The notes beneath the pieces were generated by a model, which was given only the letters and a program-made list of their open reading frames with translations, was not told the origin of the DNA and did not search any database. Of a DNA stretch of 64,000 nt, positions 23,319 to 37,214 are shown one piece after another. The translations under genes and the position numbers were made by a program. The stretch comes from Lama glama (lineage: Eukaryota): positions 27,158,001 to 27,222,000 of the forward strand of contig CM052816.1 of NCBI GenBank assembly GCA_028534125.1, in the 5' to 3' direction. How positions within the stretch are numbered: position 1 is the first letter of the stretch; each line of letters begins with the position of its first letter.

Positions 23319-25749
23319 AACAAACATCACATAGCCAGAAACGAGATCTCAGAACAAGTGCAGTGTGAGGATGCATATGCCTCGGGCTTTGCCATTCTAA
23401 TGCCCCTTCCCTCCCACAGTGCAAAATGTACTTGCATCTAAACATGTTCCGAGTCATGGATTATTTGTATAAGTGTGTCTGCTTGGTTCAAAGACAACTG
23501 TTTCATCCTAAAGCCCAATTCAGTAGATTTATCTTCAACAATTACTGGGCTTTGATCACCCTAGAATAGGTGGTATCGTGTGGTATGTAGCTGTCCTTTT
23601 CCAGGACACTTCCCTTATCAGGATACATGTCTGTTGATTTGTGGGAAGCTGGCTGTTTTTCGTTCCTGACAAACTCCAGTGATTAAAATGTAGTGGCTCG
23701 CTCGTGTTCCCCTGATAAAGGTGACAGCTGCAGACTTTCCAGTGGTGGTGGATATCGTCCATGCAGATTGCTTTTTAATGAAAGCAATATATTATCTTAC
23801 CTAGAGACCCCGAAGCCTTACCTTGTTAATGTATTCTAGCTTGGCACCACATTTATCTATAAATTAGTTGTATTAAACACACTCCTTACTATTTATCTAG
23901 CCTTTAAAGAGTTTTTCCAGTGAGAGGATTCTGCCCCTTTTCTTTACCTTAAGTACTATTATACCCAACAACAATCCCACCAATATTTTTAAGGGCAGTT
24001 TTGTAAAAAACATTCCCAGGCTGGAAAAATATTATAACTATACTCAAAACCTTGATAATCCTTCACCACATTTAGCCATTAAAATAAGAGAGAAAAGATG
24101 GAATTGATTAGAGCTCCAGCCTTTCAGTTGAGTCTCCTGAAAATATGCAATAATTCTGAAAGCAAAGCCTACTAAATAGCATGAGGAAATAAATCAAAGA
24201 GAAGAAATCAACTTAAAACTTAGCCTGTAAAGTTTTAAAATTGGAGGTTAGAGGAAACCACTTCTTCATATGTAGAAGAAGAAAAAGAAAATGCTGTCAT
24301 AGTTTAAAACTCAAATAATCACCCAACATGCAACTCTTTGTTATCCCTGTATCTCCCACAGGGTGTAACTAACAGCATCGGGTCTCCTGCGAGTGATCGC
24401 AATTCTGCTGGGAGAGAACAGCATCTACTGTCCTCCAGGAGGACTTCATAGTGAGAGACAAACTTCACGCTGTGGCTCTGGAAAAAGTTACAACACCAAG
24501 GCCTTGTAATGACCCATGAACCAAAACTGGAAACAAACAACTATTTTGCTGAATGTGTCCTCTCTGACCTAAACCCAATATTAAACTTTTTACAGAACTA
24601 TAAATCAAATCCATTAAAAACAAAAAGCCCAGTGAACCCAGTCTGAACTAAATCCAAACCTACATATTTTCTAAAGCAACTGAACTGTAACAAAACTAAA
24701 ACATCAAAATATTCTCCAACCTGAATCGATATTTCATTTGGTTCAAGTCTCTGAACCATAGTTTCTATTTCAAGACAGGATTATTGTTGTTAACCATCAC
24801 TTTAAAGAGGAGACAAAGGAGGAAAGTTAATGCCATAGTTAGCACTGAGTATAAATAAGAAAAGTATGTTGTACAACGTGTGAAAAAGATCCATTTTCTA
24901 AATAATTTAAGTAAACACATGATCATTCAAAGAGAAATCAGAAAAAAATGGTCAAAGGGCAGCAAATGCAATAAGCAAATCTGTGAACAACTGAGAAGGT
25001 ATAGAGGAACCAATGCAAAGCCCCTTCCGGAAGAGGTAACTTCCATGTGGAATGAACCAATTCCATGGTATGACAAAGGAAACAAGCGAGCAATTATGTA
25101 TTAAGCATCTACTTATATTTTAGATTCCAGGGAATTATATTCACTGTCATTAGTATTTTTCTTACTGATTGGTTATTTTTATTGATTATGAATGGGCGAG
25201 AAGTAAGAAGTAAGAAAAAATGGGGGTTAACTTTTGGTCTCTATGAATAAGAAACTACAAAATTCAAAAGTATATTATATTAATTTTTAAGTTATCTTAG
25301 ATAAGAATAGAAATTCAGCTGTTTTTCAGAAGAAATCCGAATGTTGTAAATTGCTTTTTTTTGTGATGTAAAAACATGAAAATGTCTCTAAAAATAACTG
25401 AAATGTATTGTATCTAACTATGCTCTAGTATATACATACACACATTAATTTAAAGAAGTCTTGGTTTTTATGAATGGCATATCATTAGGGAAATGATCAC
25501 AGGGCAGAGAGTCTACAGATTCATGATTTTTTCCCAATAAGTTCAAGTAGACCAAAGTTCCTGATAGGAATACTAACATATTCAATCTGTATATCTCTTA
25601 GGGCTACGATGAAAGTTACAAAGTCTGACACATGTTCAAAATACTTATAAAAAATAAAGTTTTTATTTCTGGAAACTTCTCTTAAAGAAATAATCATGAA
25701 TGTGATAAGATTTACCCACAGGGATTATCTACCATCACTATATAGCAGG

Positions 25750-26145
25750 AACTATTAACTAATTACCAACCCCCTTTCCTCATCATCCAGAATACACAGC
25801 TAACAAATATTTCCCAACCTTCTTTGTACTGAGGTGGCCATTTGATTAAGTTCTAGCCAATGGAAGGTGAGAAGAAGTGATGTGTGTAATGCAGGTCACC
25901 TCCAGTCTCACTGGTAGTTGTTTATGCTCTTTCCCTTTCCATGGTGACATTGGAAGCCACATTTTAAAGATGGTAGAGCCATAACATGGAAGGACATTTC
26001 ATTCCTGAATCACCATTTGAAGGAGAGCTACCTAGTGATCAGAAACATTGGTTTGTACTGTACATTAGCAATACATAAGCACTACTGTATGAAATCTGTT
26101 GAGATTTAAGAGGTCTATTTGTTACAGTGTTACCCTAATATACAT
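25750..26145 (+). mobile_element. MaLR LTR (MLT1H/I-like) within old L1 fragments
   Basis: gattaagttctagccaatggaaggtgagaagaagtgatgtgtg; ctatttgttacag...ctaatataca. Confidence 0.7.
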
Positions 26146-27139
26146 CATTTTTAACAATAGCAAATAACTGGACACAAATATCTAAGAAAGTTTCAGTGAC
26201 TATTCTAATCCATTGATAATTTTAGTTTCCTTCTTTGAATTATTCTGGATAGTTTTCATTTTCTACAATTCAAACATAAAACTTTTGTGATTAATACATA
26301 CAATTTAGAACTTTGATATTATAAAATTAAATGCATATGATTTGATGGTGAAAAGTGTTGATGGCATTCAGATGTGATGGATACTTTTAATAGAATGAGA
26401 AAATATTTCTAAGCTCACAAAATGTTGCAAGTAGCTGGAGAGAAGAAAAAAAACCCAACCCTTTTTATTTTCTTCATAGTTTAATTTGATTTTATTCAAT
26501 GAAAAACTAGTACTGTAAAGTGGAAGGAATGTTACTGGTGGTTGATTTCTGCATATACATTGTTAAAAGTCTTTGTGTGTGTGTGTATGTGGTATCTAGT
26601 AGGAATCAAATCGAGATTTGACCAAGCATATGATTGAGGCATGGCTGGATTCTTAACACTTCTGAAAATTATATTGTATGGCTGCCTAGTTACCCTAGAA
26701 AATACAAAGAATCATCTATTATTAGGTGAGTAATCTAAGGATAAAAGAACATAATCAATTTTCTTTTATATTCACTAACACACTTTATGCATCAATTATG
26801 TGGTTATTATCTCTTTTTATGATGGTCATTATTTATAATATTTAACCAGCTTTAATTAATTTACTTTTATTAAAACTTGATGAATATTGTTCCTTTATTC
26901 ACACGGTAGGTGCTGTCTTAACTGACCTGTACATACTCACTGTAACCAGAATAACCATACCTTCTTTCTGCCGAAAAACCAATATTCTGATTGAAATTCA
27001 TTACACTTTGGCTGCATGTAGTTAACACTTTGTGTTCCAATATCTTTGTGCAGTTCCAGGACTACCGGTTGAGCTGTAATCTCACTGAGGAATTTTGCAT
27101 TTGAGATTTGGTTTTTACTCTACTTGGAAGCTATAAATT

Positions 27140-27560
27140 AACCTCTTATTTCATGGATGCTGGCAGAAAACACAAGACTCTTGAATCAGAGACAAAGCAC
27201 TCTATTACTCATGGCATAGCAAGCAACAGGAGCATCACATATTTGCATCAGTTCCCCATGTTTCCAAGTCTCATGAAGGCAATGTGATAGGCCCAGATAG
27301 GTGCTACACATGCATTTGGTTTGCACTGCAGCTGGGGGAACACTGAGTTGGGGAATCTACCTCAATAAGCAGTAAGCAAGCCTACTTGTTGTCCAGGGAG
27401 AGATGTTACCTCATCTCCCAATGTTGTTGCATAAACAACCCTGAGGAATGATCTGAATGAAAGAGCAGTCAGTCTCACAGTCCTGCCACACAAAGTTTTG
27501 CAAAATTGCCTGCAAATACAGTAGACAAGATCATTATGAAATATTGGCACATGTTTCCTA
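27140..27560. mobile_element. ERVL-type LTR (MER54/MER74-like)
   Basis: aagactcttgaatcagagacaaag...ccagggagagatgttacctcatc...aaacaaccctgag, recalled from consensus. Confidence 0.5.
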
Positions 27561-27828
27561 AAAATCTGGAAGGATCTTGCACTAAGATTACAAGTTCCAA
27601 AATCTCTCACTGCATTTTAAAAAAAATGGAACTAGAAATCACAGATCATGTATTCATGTTCACGAAATAAAGTTAACAATTACAATTAGTACTTGTGCAC
27701 TCAAAGTAATGGTGTTAAGTGAAAAGACTGCCAAACAAATGCATATTTATATGTCTTAAGTAAAAAATATTTAAGGAAGATAATATGTATAAGTGTTTGG
27801 GACTTAGTCAATGCTTTAACCTACTTTT

Positions 27829-27958
27829 GTTTGTTTTTGTTTGGTTTGTCTGGGGGGTAATTAGGTTTATTTATTTACCTACTAATTTTAATGGAGGTAC
27901 TGGGGATTGAACCCAGGATGTTAAGCAGGCAATCTACCACGGAGCTATACCCTCCCCC
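27829..27958 (-). mobile_element. tRNA-Ala-derived SINE (vic-1-like)
   Basis: The reverse complement reads gggggagggtatagctc...ggtaga...gggttcaatccccagtacctcc...aaacctaattacccccc plus an A-rich tail. TSD aacc(t/c)actttt. Confidence 0.9.
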
Positions 27959-28824
27959 TCAACCCACTTTTTCAATTAGTCGTAGTTTCAACTATTCTAC
28001 TTTTTTCCCTTTTGGGAGTTGTTTCCTATCATGATCCTAGAGATAGCCTCACAGAGATCTTGAGCTAGACTCTCCCTCTATTTTCCAGAGTGTGTCTCAC
28101 GAAACAGGATGAGAGCTACTTGATGTCTGGAGCCCCATGACCCAATTTTCTAAGGGATTTCCCTTCAGAAACCATTTTCCCTCTCTCAGAAAAAGAAACA
28201 CCTTTTCAGATTGTTGCAGGTATGACAAACCTGCCATAAGAGCTAGTTTCCAGTTTGTGAATCACTCATGAGAAGACGTTTGTAGAAAATGTAACAATTT
28301 CTGATAGAGTCCACCACAAATTAAGAAGGAAGAAGCAGTCTTAGTAGCTATAGTATGTATAATCATCCAATTATTTGAGATTTTTTCCCAGCGTTTTTCA
28401 TGAAGTACCAGCTGCCTTTAACTGAGCTCCCGCTTTTTCCTCAGACAGCAGATACCGAGATTCACATCTATCTTCCATGTGGCCTGAAGCCTGGCATTGA
28501 GAAATGGGCATGTCGATGGCCCCATATCAAGAGTCCCAAGCCACAGCCATCAGTATTATTGCATTTTATAAGTACCTCAAATACAGCAAAGTCCTTTATA
28601 TTTCATAAGCCCAGAGGGCTCCTAACAGAGCAGTAGGCCCCTAAACACAGTAGTACATTCACATGTATCATATCCAAAGATCTTTAAACTTATCTAGTGT
28701 ACTACACAAAGTGACTTGGAAATAACTTACTCTCAATTCTTACTGAAAACAAGTTGCACTGAAAAGGACACAACCCAATCTAAGTTTAGAAAATTAGTGC
28801 TTTCACCTGAATTTATATTAATAT

Positions 28825-29120
28825 AGACTCACAAACATAGAAAACAAACTTATGGTTACCAGAGTAAAGGGGGTGGGACAGGATAAATTGAGAGTTTGAG
28901 ATTTGCAGATACTAACTACTATATATAAAATAAACAACAAGTTTCTACTATATAACACAGGAAACTATATTCAATATCTTGTAGTAACCTACAATGGAAA
29001 AGAATATGAAAAGGAATATGTATATGTAGATGTATCACTGAAACATTATGTCGTACACCATAAATTGACACAGCATTATAAACTGACTACACTTCAATAA
29101 AAAAAGAAGAAAAAAGAAAA
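28825..29120 (+). mobile_element. Young L1 3' end (~290 bp)
   Basis: agactcacaaacatagaaaacaaacttatggttacc...cttcaataaaaaaag. Confidence 0.9.
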
Positions 29121-30569
29121 GCTAATAGAAATATTAAGACATAAAAGAGCTTTGTAAGTAAAAAAATTGGCCATAACTTTTTCCTACAATTACAGAGTTC
29201 CACCAAACATATGCAAACAAATCCCTGAAAGCTCTGACTAGCCCATTTATTCTGTGTCCAAAACACCAGTCCCTGCTTTGTAAACTCTTAACTTGCTGGG
29301 GCTCCCCTTTCTTCACCTCCTTTTTTTAGGCTCAGTTCCTGTTGCATCCTGATAATCTGATTGACAAAAATGACCTCCTGTTGCAAAAAAAAAAAAAAAA
29401 AAACCAGACAAACCATTTTCAGATTTAGATTACTTGGGAAAAGAAAGAGATTATCAAAGATCTAAATAATGCAACCAACCAATAGCCAAACATCCTAGTA
29501 AATCATACTAACCCAGCTAAATTAGATAGCACTGTCCATATACAATTACACTGTTTGGCTCCCATGACAGCCTTTAAATGTGACATGTTATCTGACATGC
29601 TTGCAATTAGGGCTTAGAAAAAAAATCAATTTTTTTCTATTCCACTTAAAATAAAAAATGTACTGTTTTCCATGAGCTGCACCTTTTTTAAAAAATTCAA
29701 GACAGACAAAAAAGTAGCAACAGAACAAACATATCACAGCTGCATTATGAAGATAGACATTTAAAGTCCAATTTTATTAGATTTTATGAAAGGGCAGAAC
29801 CTAGAAGTAATTACTGGCGTGTTGTATTTACTTTCACATCATTATTTTACTCACTCTAGCCCCGCACTGTGAACAGGCAGTGAGGTCAACAGCAACGGAC
29901 GAGCAGTCTTGGGTGCTCTTCGGAGCTCTGTGGGAAGTGCACACGTTCCCCACCACACAGCAGGCATGCGCATTCCTTCACTAAGGACCAGGCTAGGTGC
30001 TTCTCTGTCCCTCCACCTTCTATTTTCCTTCTGTGTTGCTTCAAAACTGCTCTGAATAGTCTATACACATTGGATCCAGACAAATATTCAAAGGTGATAT
30101 TCTTAACTGAGTAAGATGCTTCCAACTTACTGTCATTCTTCCCTTCTCATAGTCCCTTATTACCTCTTGTATCCTCTGAAAATCCATAATAAGCATTTGA
30201 CATTCCTTCTCTTTCAGAAAGACATTTTGACCTTTACTATACTTTGCCCCATCATTATTAGTAGCTGTAAACATAATAGTGATAAAACAATACTAGCAAT
30301 AATGGTAACAATGAAATAACATTATTTGTGTAGTTTCTCTGCATCAGGCGCTAAGTGATTTATATGAATTGTTTTCAGCTGATCTTCATAGTGACTCTAC
30401 AGTTATCACCAATAAATATATCTGCCATTATCAAGAGACTAAGGGGTCCCAGCTATAATTCTGAAGTAAGTTATAATTCTTGCTTTAGTAACAAAATTTA
30501 TTACAAATAGGAGGCTTATGATACTTAAACAAACTCCGAGATGAATTTTGGGTAAAACAAATCAAGTGT

Positions 30570-31052
30570 CGTTGTAGGCAAAATAATGCCCCTTGCCAAA
30601 GATACTCATGTTCTAATTCTCAAAACTTGTGACTATGTTACCTTACATGGCAAAAGGGACACTGCAGATGTGACTAAGTTAAGGATCATGAGATAGGAAG
30701 GTTATTCTGGATCATCTGTGCAGGTCCCCCAAATCACAAGAGTCCTTATAAGAGGTGGGCGGGACTGTCAGAATAGAAGAGAAACAGGAAGAGGCTATGC
30801 TGCTGGCTTTGAAGATGAAGGAAGGAGCTACAAGTTAAGGAATGTAGGCAGCCTCTAGAAGCTGCAAAAGGCTAAGGAAGAGATTCTCCCCAGTAATCTC
30901 TGGAAGAAACACAGCCCTTCTGACACCCTGATTTTGGCCTGGCAAAACCTAGTTTGGGATTCTGACCTCTGGAACTGTAAGATAATAAATGTGTTGCTTT
31001 AGGTTACTCAATTTGTAGTAATTTGTTATAGCAGCCACAGGAAACGAATACA
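30570..31052 (+). mobile_element. MaLR solo LTR (MLT1D-like)
   Basis: tgtaggcaaaataatgcccc...ttaccttacatggcaaaagggac...gcagccacaggaaacgaataca. Confidence 0.9.
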
Positions 31053-31227
31053 AGCATGAATGCTGATGGGCTATATTAAGTCTTATTATATGGTATGAAA
31101 AATAATTATATGGAGCTTGTGAGTAGGGGCTTGGGAGAGTCAGGAGAGGCTCTTTCGAGGAATCCACTCTGGGCAGCTAGTCAACTGTGGAGTTAGAGGG
31201 AGCACCGTCCACACCAGACCTCATGGG

Positions 31228-31352
31228 GTCCCCACCCTCATGACCTGATCTAAACCTAATTACCCACCGAAGGCCACACCTCCTAATACCATCACAATGA
31301 GGGGTTAGGCTTCAACAAATAAATTGGAGGGGGACACAATCAGTCCATAACA
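31228..31352 (-). mobile_element. MLT1A/B LTR fragment
   Basis: ccctcatgacctgatctaaacctaattac...gggggacacaatcagtccataaca. Confidence 0.75.
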
Positions 31353-31927
31353 CCATTTTTCTCCAATCACTTTGGAGGTGCCTGTGGGAACTTCCCATCC
31401 AAAGGAACATTACTGTCTGTCATTTCCTTTTCACAACAGACTTGTTCTATGCGAAAGCTAACTCAAAGGCATCTTTCAATTGAGAGAATAATGTTCTGTG
31501 CTTCCTATATAAAGGACTGCAGGATTTCAGTGCCTAAGGACGGACATGGCTAAAATACTTTGTCCTCCTTTTGCATGATCTTATGTATATCTTCTGTCTA
31601 CTTTTAACCTGTAAAATGAGAGGAGTAATGATTATTTTTTTTGCAGGGGGAGACTTCACAGAGTTTTGTGGGAACCAAGGAAATGAATATTGAGATAGTT
31701 ATAAACAACTAAACATGTGAATTTTCATCTACGTGACACAGAACATGGCTTTCATTTTCTGGGAGGTTTGTGGGCCTGCTGGAACTGTTCAAGGACCCCT
31801 CAGTTAGAAAGCACTGATCCCTGAAGAAACAAAGAATTCTAAGACCTGGAGTCCATATTCTCAAGAATCGTTAAGATCTACTTGATGAGGCAAGTTACAG
31901 AGGCATAAAGATGACTCAAGAAGTAAT

Positions 31928-32114
31928 TTCCTAGATTTAGCATATACAAATACAAGATTTTCAGTTAAATATGAATTTCAGACAAACAAAGAATGATTTC
32001 TTTTAGTATAAAGTATGTTCCAAATGTTGCATGGGACATACTTATACTTAAAAAATTATTTGTTTATCTGAAATTCAGATTTAACTGGCTGTCCTGTATT
32101 TTAACTGGCAATCC
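31928..32114. mobile_element. MER3/MER33-like hAT-Charlie MITE
   Basis: Self-complementary halves cagttaaatatgaatttcagacaaacaa and ttgtttatctgaaattcagatttaactg. Ends ctggcaatcct. Confidence 0.8.
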
Positions 32115-32149
32115 TCCTCATAAGCCAAATGAGAAAAGGAACTCTCTTG

Positions 32150-32410
32150 GAAGTCAAAAGGGAGAATGTCTCAGAGAGTGCTCAAGGAAACAGATGCTCA
32201 GGCAGAGTTAGGAGGGCAAGAGGTTTACTGCAGAGTAAGACCTGTGAAAGGAAAAGGAAGAAAGCAGGGACGGGGGTGCCCTCCGATGGTGATGAAGACG
32301 TGACAAAGTCTCCGCCAGCACCAGCAGAAGCTCTAAAAAAAAAGTGTCCGCTAGAGAGGTCCACAATGAGTAAAAATGACTAGACTTTTGGACCGCTGAC
32401 CTGCTCAGTC
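32150..32410 (-). mobile_element. LTR16-like ERVL LTR fragment
   Basis: ggaaacagatgctcaggcagag...gaggtttactg...cctgtgaaaggaaaagg. Confidence 0.45.
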
Positions 32411-32559
32411 CTCTCCCAACTCTGCTCAGAGTAGCTTCCTTCTGGCCCAGTCACGGATGCGGAGAAGTCTTATCATTAAAATGCTACTGTGGCTCAACAA
32501 GAAAGAATTGGTTAGATTCTCTACATTTTCACTGAAATACTCTGCTTTCATTAAATATA

Positions 32560-32880
32560 ATTATAGAAAAGCATTTACCAAAAAATGGGTAAAACTCAGC
32601 TTATGAAACAATATATAGGGTATCATCTTATTTTTTTAACACATGTATTTGCGCCATGTTTATACACACATCTGTGTGCACATACACATACATTAGGGGG
32701 AGAGAGGGAGAGAGGGAGAAACTGATAGGATATGCACTAAACTGTTAACAATAATTATCTCTGAGTGATGGGATTATGGGAGATTTTTATTGTTTGTTGT
32801 TATTAATAGTTTCTAAACTTTCTACAATGATTTTGTGTTTTGTATTACAAAGGCTAAATTATTACAATTTTTAAAAAACC
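32560..32880 (+). mobile_element. L1ME-type 3' end
   Basis: aaactgttaacaataattatctctgagtgatgggattatgggagattttta. Confidence 0.65.
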
Positions 32881-33797
32881 ACTATTACATTTCTTGGTCC
32901 TTCCCACCCTGCTCACAGGAATTAAATATTTTTCTACACATTGTATTTAAAGCGTAGTTGGAACTCACCATTGGAAAAGTTGTTGCCCCTCACTTCAACC
33001 TACTAGAGAAAGTGCTCTAAGCAGTTTCCTGGGAGTCTCCTTTTTAGAACCCTATACATCATTGTAGTGACAGCAGGCAATAAATGCTGATAAATGCTGG
33101 TGGTCACAACATAGACAATCTTTGCTTTCTCTTTTTTCCCTATAGAAGAGGAGAGGAAACGGCTCCCTTGCTACCTCCTCCTCCCTTCTATTTTTCACAT
33201 TTAGTCTCTTCTTCATTCTGGGCAAAAACACAACTATTAAAACACCATGATTTTGTCAAGAACGCTGTTAGATTAAAGAGTTAGATGTGGAATTTAAAAG
33301 CTTATGAAAGTTTTATTTCATAAATAAGATGTGGATGGCTAGTTCATAAAACATGAAAACATCTACATTTACCTTGAAGAAATGCTGTGGTTTCCTTGGA
33401 CCATATAAAATACTGCTTTCAGCAACATTATAAGAAGAAATTAAATACTCTTGAGAAGACGAGAGAGAAAATAAGATCTTATTTAGTTTGGATGTTGGAA
33501 GTTTATGCCGTGAAGTCTGTGATTTTTTTCTTTCTCATTTTAAGCAGAAGACATAAAATAAGACAAAACTGGAAAGGAAGAAAGAAAATGCCGGAGTCAT
33601 TCATGAATTATGTTTTCATTGGAAGAATCAGGAAAGGAAAACTGAAGATCTCTTAAAAGCCAGAAAATTGGCTTCTCTCCTCTTCCCCTGGGAAGGGGGT
33701 ACATCTTTCTCAGGTCCAAAGAGAAGTTCTTCACCTGCCTACTTCTCTACTCCAGCCAGGTTAACAACTGTTAAGGTTTCCAAAACCATTAAGTTTG

Positions 33798-35670
33798 GCC
33801 ATTTATTCAATTCAAGAGCCTTCTGAATAGCTACCATATACCCGGCATCAAGGTGCAAAGGATATAGACTATAAGATGCCGGCTTTAGTGGAAGAGTAGG
33901 TAGGTGAGAGCATCAGATTAGATGGTTGTTGAGGTTACTTCCAGCTTTAAAGTTCCATATAACATAATTTCCTTAGAGAAATCAGTATGGGAAGGTAGCT
34001 CAAATCAAAGTAAACAAATGGTTTCGTCAAATATAAAGAAAAAGTGAGCAAAAAACAAAAAGAAGGCCCCCAACTCAGCCTGGGGGAAGAGGCTTCCTGG
34101 AGAGGGAATTACTTAGTGGAGTCCTGTAGGACAAGGAGGAAGTAGACAGACAAAGACGAGCAGAAGGAGCTCCATGCAGAAAGGGCCCTGCAGCCATAGA
34201 AGAGGCCTCAATACCTCACCCCTAAGATACGGAAGTCCAAGTAAAAAAGAGTCTGGGGAACCAGAAATGGGTTGACATAACCGGAGAGTAAAGATGAGTC
34301 CACCAGAGAGATTAACACAAGAGCAGACGGGAGAAGAAGCCAGTGAAGAGGGCTCAGCACAGCATAGTACAGAATGTGGGGAGCTGATGAAGGGTTTTCA
34401 GCAACAGGGTATCTTGATCAGAGTTGAATTTAGAAAATGACCCTGATAGCAACTCAGGGCATGGGTTTGAGACTGCAGGTTGGTGAAGGGAAGTCAAAGA
34501 GACAGAAAAAGAGACAGGGGCCCAGACTGATGTCCTGAACTTAGGTTATGGAGATAAAAAAGGAGATGGGTTCCTTCCTTTGAAGGCAAAGTTGGAAGAA
34601 TTAGGTAATGAATTAAGTGGGCTTAGATGCAGGTTTTGTGTGATGGATAGGATAGGATTCTAGATTGACTCCCAAGTTTCTGGCTCAAGCAACTGAAGGA
34701 CAGTGGTGTTATCCACTAAGGTAAAGAACAAAGAGAAGGCAGATCTGGAGGGCAGGAAGGATGGTGATTTGGGGTTTGAATATGCTGAGTTTCTGATGTG
34801 TGATAAGTCTTATTTTCAGGGATGGTCCCAACCTTATCCCATATACCACAAGCTCTTATTACAAAGTGACTTTGATGTGTTCACCCCTGAGATATGAAAG
34901 TCTAAGTTCCTTCCCCCTAAACCTGGGTGGGCCTTTGTGACTGCTGTGACCAATATGAGTATGACCAATAGAATATGATGAAATTGATGCCAGGTGACTT
35001 CTAAGGCTGTATCATAAAAATTTCACCCACTTTAAACATGCTCCCTTGGGATGCTTACTCTCAGAATCCAGTTACCATATTGCAAGGAAGCCTACACTGG
35101 CCCCAGGTAGAGAGACCACGTAGAGCATCCCTGTGCAGGTCATCTAGATGACATTCCAGCTGAGGTCCCAGACAGCAGTAACATCAACCACCAGACATGT
35201 GAAAGTATATCCAGATTCCAGGTCCAAACTGTCAAGTTGTCCCAATCTTGCATCATCCCAATTGAGGTCCCTGACATAGTGCATTACAGATCAGCTATCC
35301 CTGTGGTGTCCTCTTTGAAATCCTGACCCACAGAATCTGTGGGCATAATAATATGGTTGTGTTATCCCATTTCACTTTAGGCTAGTTTGCTATACAGCAG
35401 TAGTACCTGGAACAAGACATAGGGAAGGTGTTCACTCAAGCATGTCCAGTGCAGATCTGGCTGTGAGGACTGGCACTCACAGTAGAGGTCTGGCCGTAAG
35501 TGTTGAACTGGGGCATCATCGGCATATAGATTATGACCAAAGCCATTGATACAGGTGCTCCCTTAGGAAGTATCTTAAGTAAGAAGGCAAGAAGGATGGA
35601 TCTGGAATCTAAGAGTATACTTATATTCAAGGAGCATTTAGACAAAAAGAAGTATGCAGGAGAAGCTAAG
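33798..35670 (-). mobile_element. L2, fragmented and interrupted by an MLT1
   Basis: gactcccaagtttctggctcaagcaactg; tttgaatatgctgagttt; gagaggtctggccgtaag...tgggcatcatcggcatataga. Confidence 0.7.
34797..35414 (+). mobile_element. MaLR LTR (MLT1F/G-like)
   Basis: tgaccaatagaatatgatg; aaatcctgacccacagaatctgtg; ends tacagcagtagtacctggaaca. Confidence 0.8.
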
Positions 35671-36209
35671 AGAATACTGGTCAGGGTTCAGACTGGAAAT
35701 GAGACATAACTTGAAGTATTTCAAGCAGAGCTTTAGGCTCTTGCAAAATTATTGGAAAGGCTAGACATCCGCTCCTAGCTTTCAAGTTCATTACCACAGT
35801 TGTGGTACAGAGTCAGAAAGCTGCCGCCACCACCCAGGGGACAGGGATCTGCAGAGAACTCTTTGCAACCTCACAGATCACTTCAGCAGAGACTGGGAAG
35901 GGCTGCTGCAAAAATGTTTTTGCTGTGCAATCTGTGACTCTTTTGCCACTGCAGGGGAAGAAGAACATCCACTTTCTGAATCCACTGCAATGCTTCTCAC
36001 TGTATCCAGGATGCAAATGTTACCCAAAACACAAGGGAATCTAAAGACACATATCACAGGCTTCTCCTAGCAGAAAACATGAGGAGGGGGTAAGAATGTA
36101 TGCTGATTACAAAAACCAAACCAAACCAGGCCAGAATACAGCCCAATGACTATCCAAAAAATGGGGTGCAGAATAGTCCACCTCTAAAGTTAAGTCAGGA
36201 AGTGAACTG

Positions 36210-36430
36210 AGCAGTGGAAGGGCAGTGGATTATGGAGTCCAGCAATGTTAAATTCAAATCCCTAATTCAGTCACTCAGCACTCTTCCTGGCTTCTGTTTT
36301 CCTATCTGTCAAACAGGAATGAAAATATGACCACTGCAGGATTGGTCATTGAGAGAATTGAAAACAATGTGCATTGGGTGCTGAGAAAGGAAACTGGAAC
36401 ACAGAAGCAAACACAAATAGTGCCTATTAC
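36210..36430 (+). mobile_element. MIR fragment
   Basis: aattcaaatccc...ctgttttcctatctgtcaaacagg. Confidence 0.55.
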
Positions 36431-37060
36431 TGTTCCCAAGGTGAGCAGGGAGGCACGATTGCATCCAGCCATGGGGATGTGGCCCATGTGGGAGAGTCCA
36501 TCGACCTCAGTGGGTGAAGAGGAAGTGGCAAGCGCACTGGTGGAGCAGAAACTTCCTGAACGCCATTTTGTCAAACTGTATCCAACAGCCCTCAATTTAA
36601 CAGAGCTCCTTTAGAGATCTTTAGATAACAGATACCTTAAATCCTCTCTGAGAGTCAGTTTCAACACAGACTTTGAAAGGTGAAAGAAGGTAGACCAAAA
36701 CAAGAAAAAGCTGCTAAAACCTTAAGTTTACAGAAGCTGGTACCCAACTGAAGGTTTCAGACACTGACTCCACTCCTTCCACTGTGAGCTTGTTCTGACC
36801 CAGGAGGCTTGCTTAGCTTCGGGCATCTCGTGAGTGCCAGTCTGTCTTTGCTTCCACCTGGGTTATTTCCATTGCAAATTATCGTCCCAAAGATGGGACA
36901 GTAGAAATACAGCCTATCCTGTCTAGGAATGCTTAGCATAGTGTAGTAGAAAAAGCACAGCAGGATTTAGATCCAGACGATGCTATTTTTGAGCTGGGTC
37001 CACCCAGCTACATTCTGAATCTCTCTGAGGCTGTTTTCTCATTTATATATAGAAAAAATT

Positions 37061-37150
37061 GGGGTAGGGGTGTAGCTCAGTGGTAGAGCATGTGCTTGGC
37101 ATGCACATGCTCCCGGGTTCACTCCCCAGTGCCTCTGTTAAAGGGGAAAA
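37061..37150 (+). mobile_element. tRNA-Ala-derived SINE (short vic-1-like copy) inserted in a MIR
   Basis: ggggtgtagctcagtggtagagcatgtgcttggcatgcac...cccgggttcactccccagtgcctc. A-box intact, B-box variant. MIR core on both sides. Confidence 0.85.
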
Positions 37151-37214
37151 ACATGTACTACCTACCTAACAGGACTGCTGTGAAGATGATATGAAATTAG
37201 TAAATTGTGATGGC

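Noticed and set aside
31928..32114. Long imperfect hairpin as a pre-miRNA
   Set aside because: It is explained by the palindromic MER3/MER33-type MITE.
37061..37136. Functional tRNA-Ala gene
   Set aside because: It has a SINE-type 5' extension, a mutated B-box and an altered variable arm, and it sits inside a MIR. It is a SINE.
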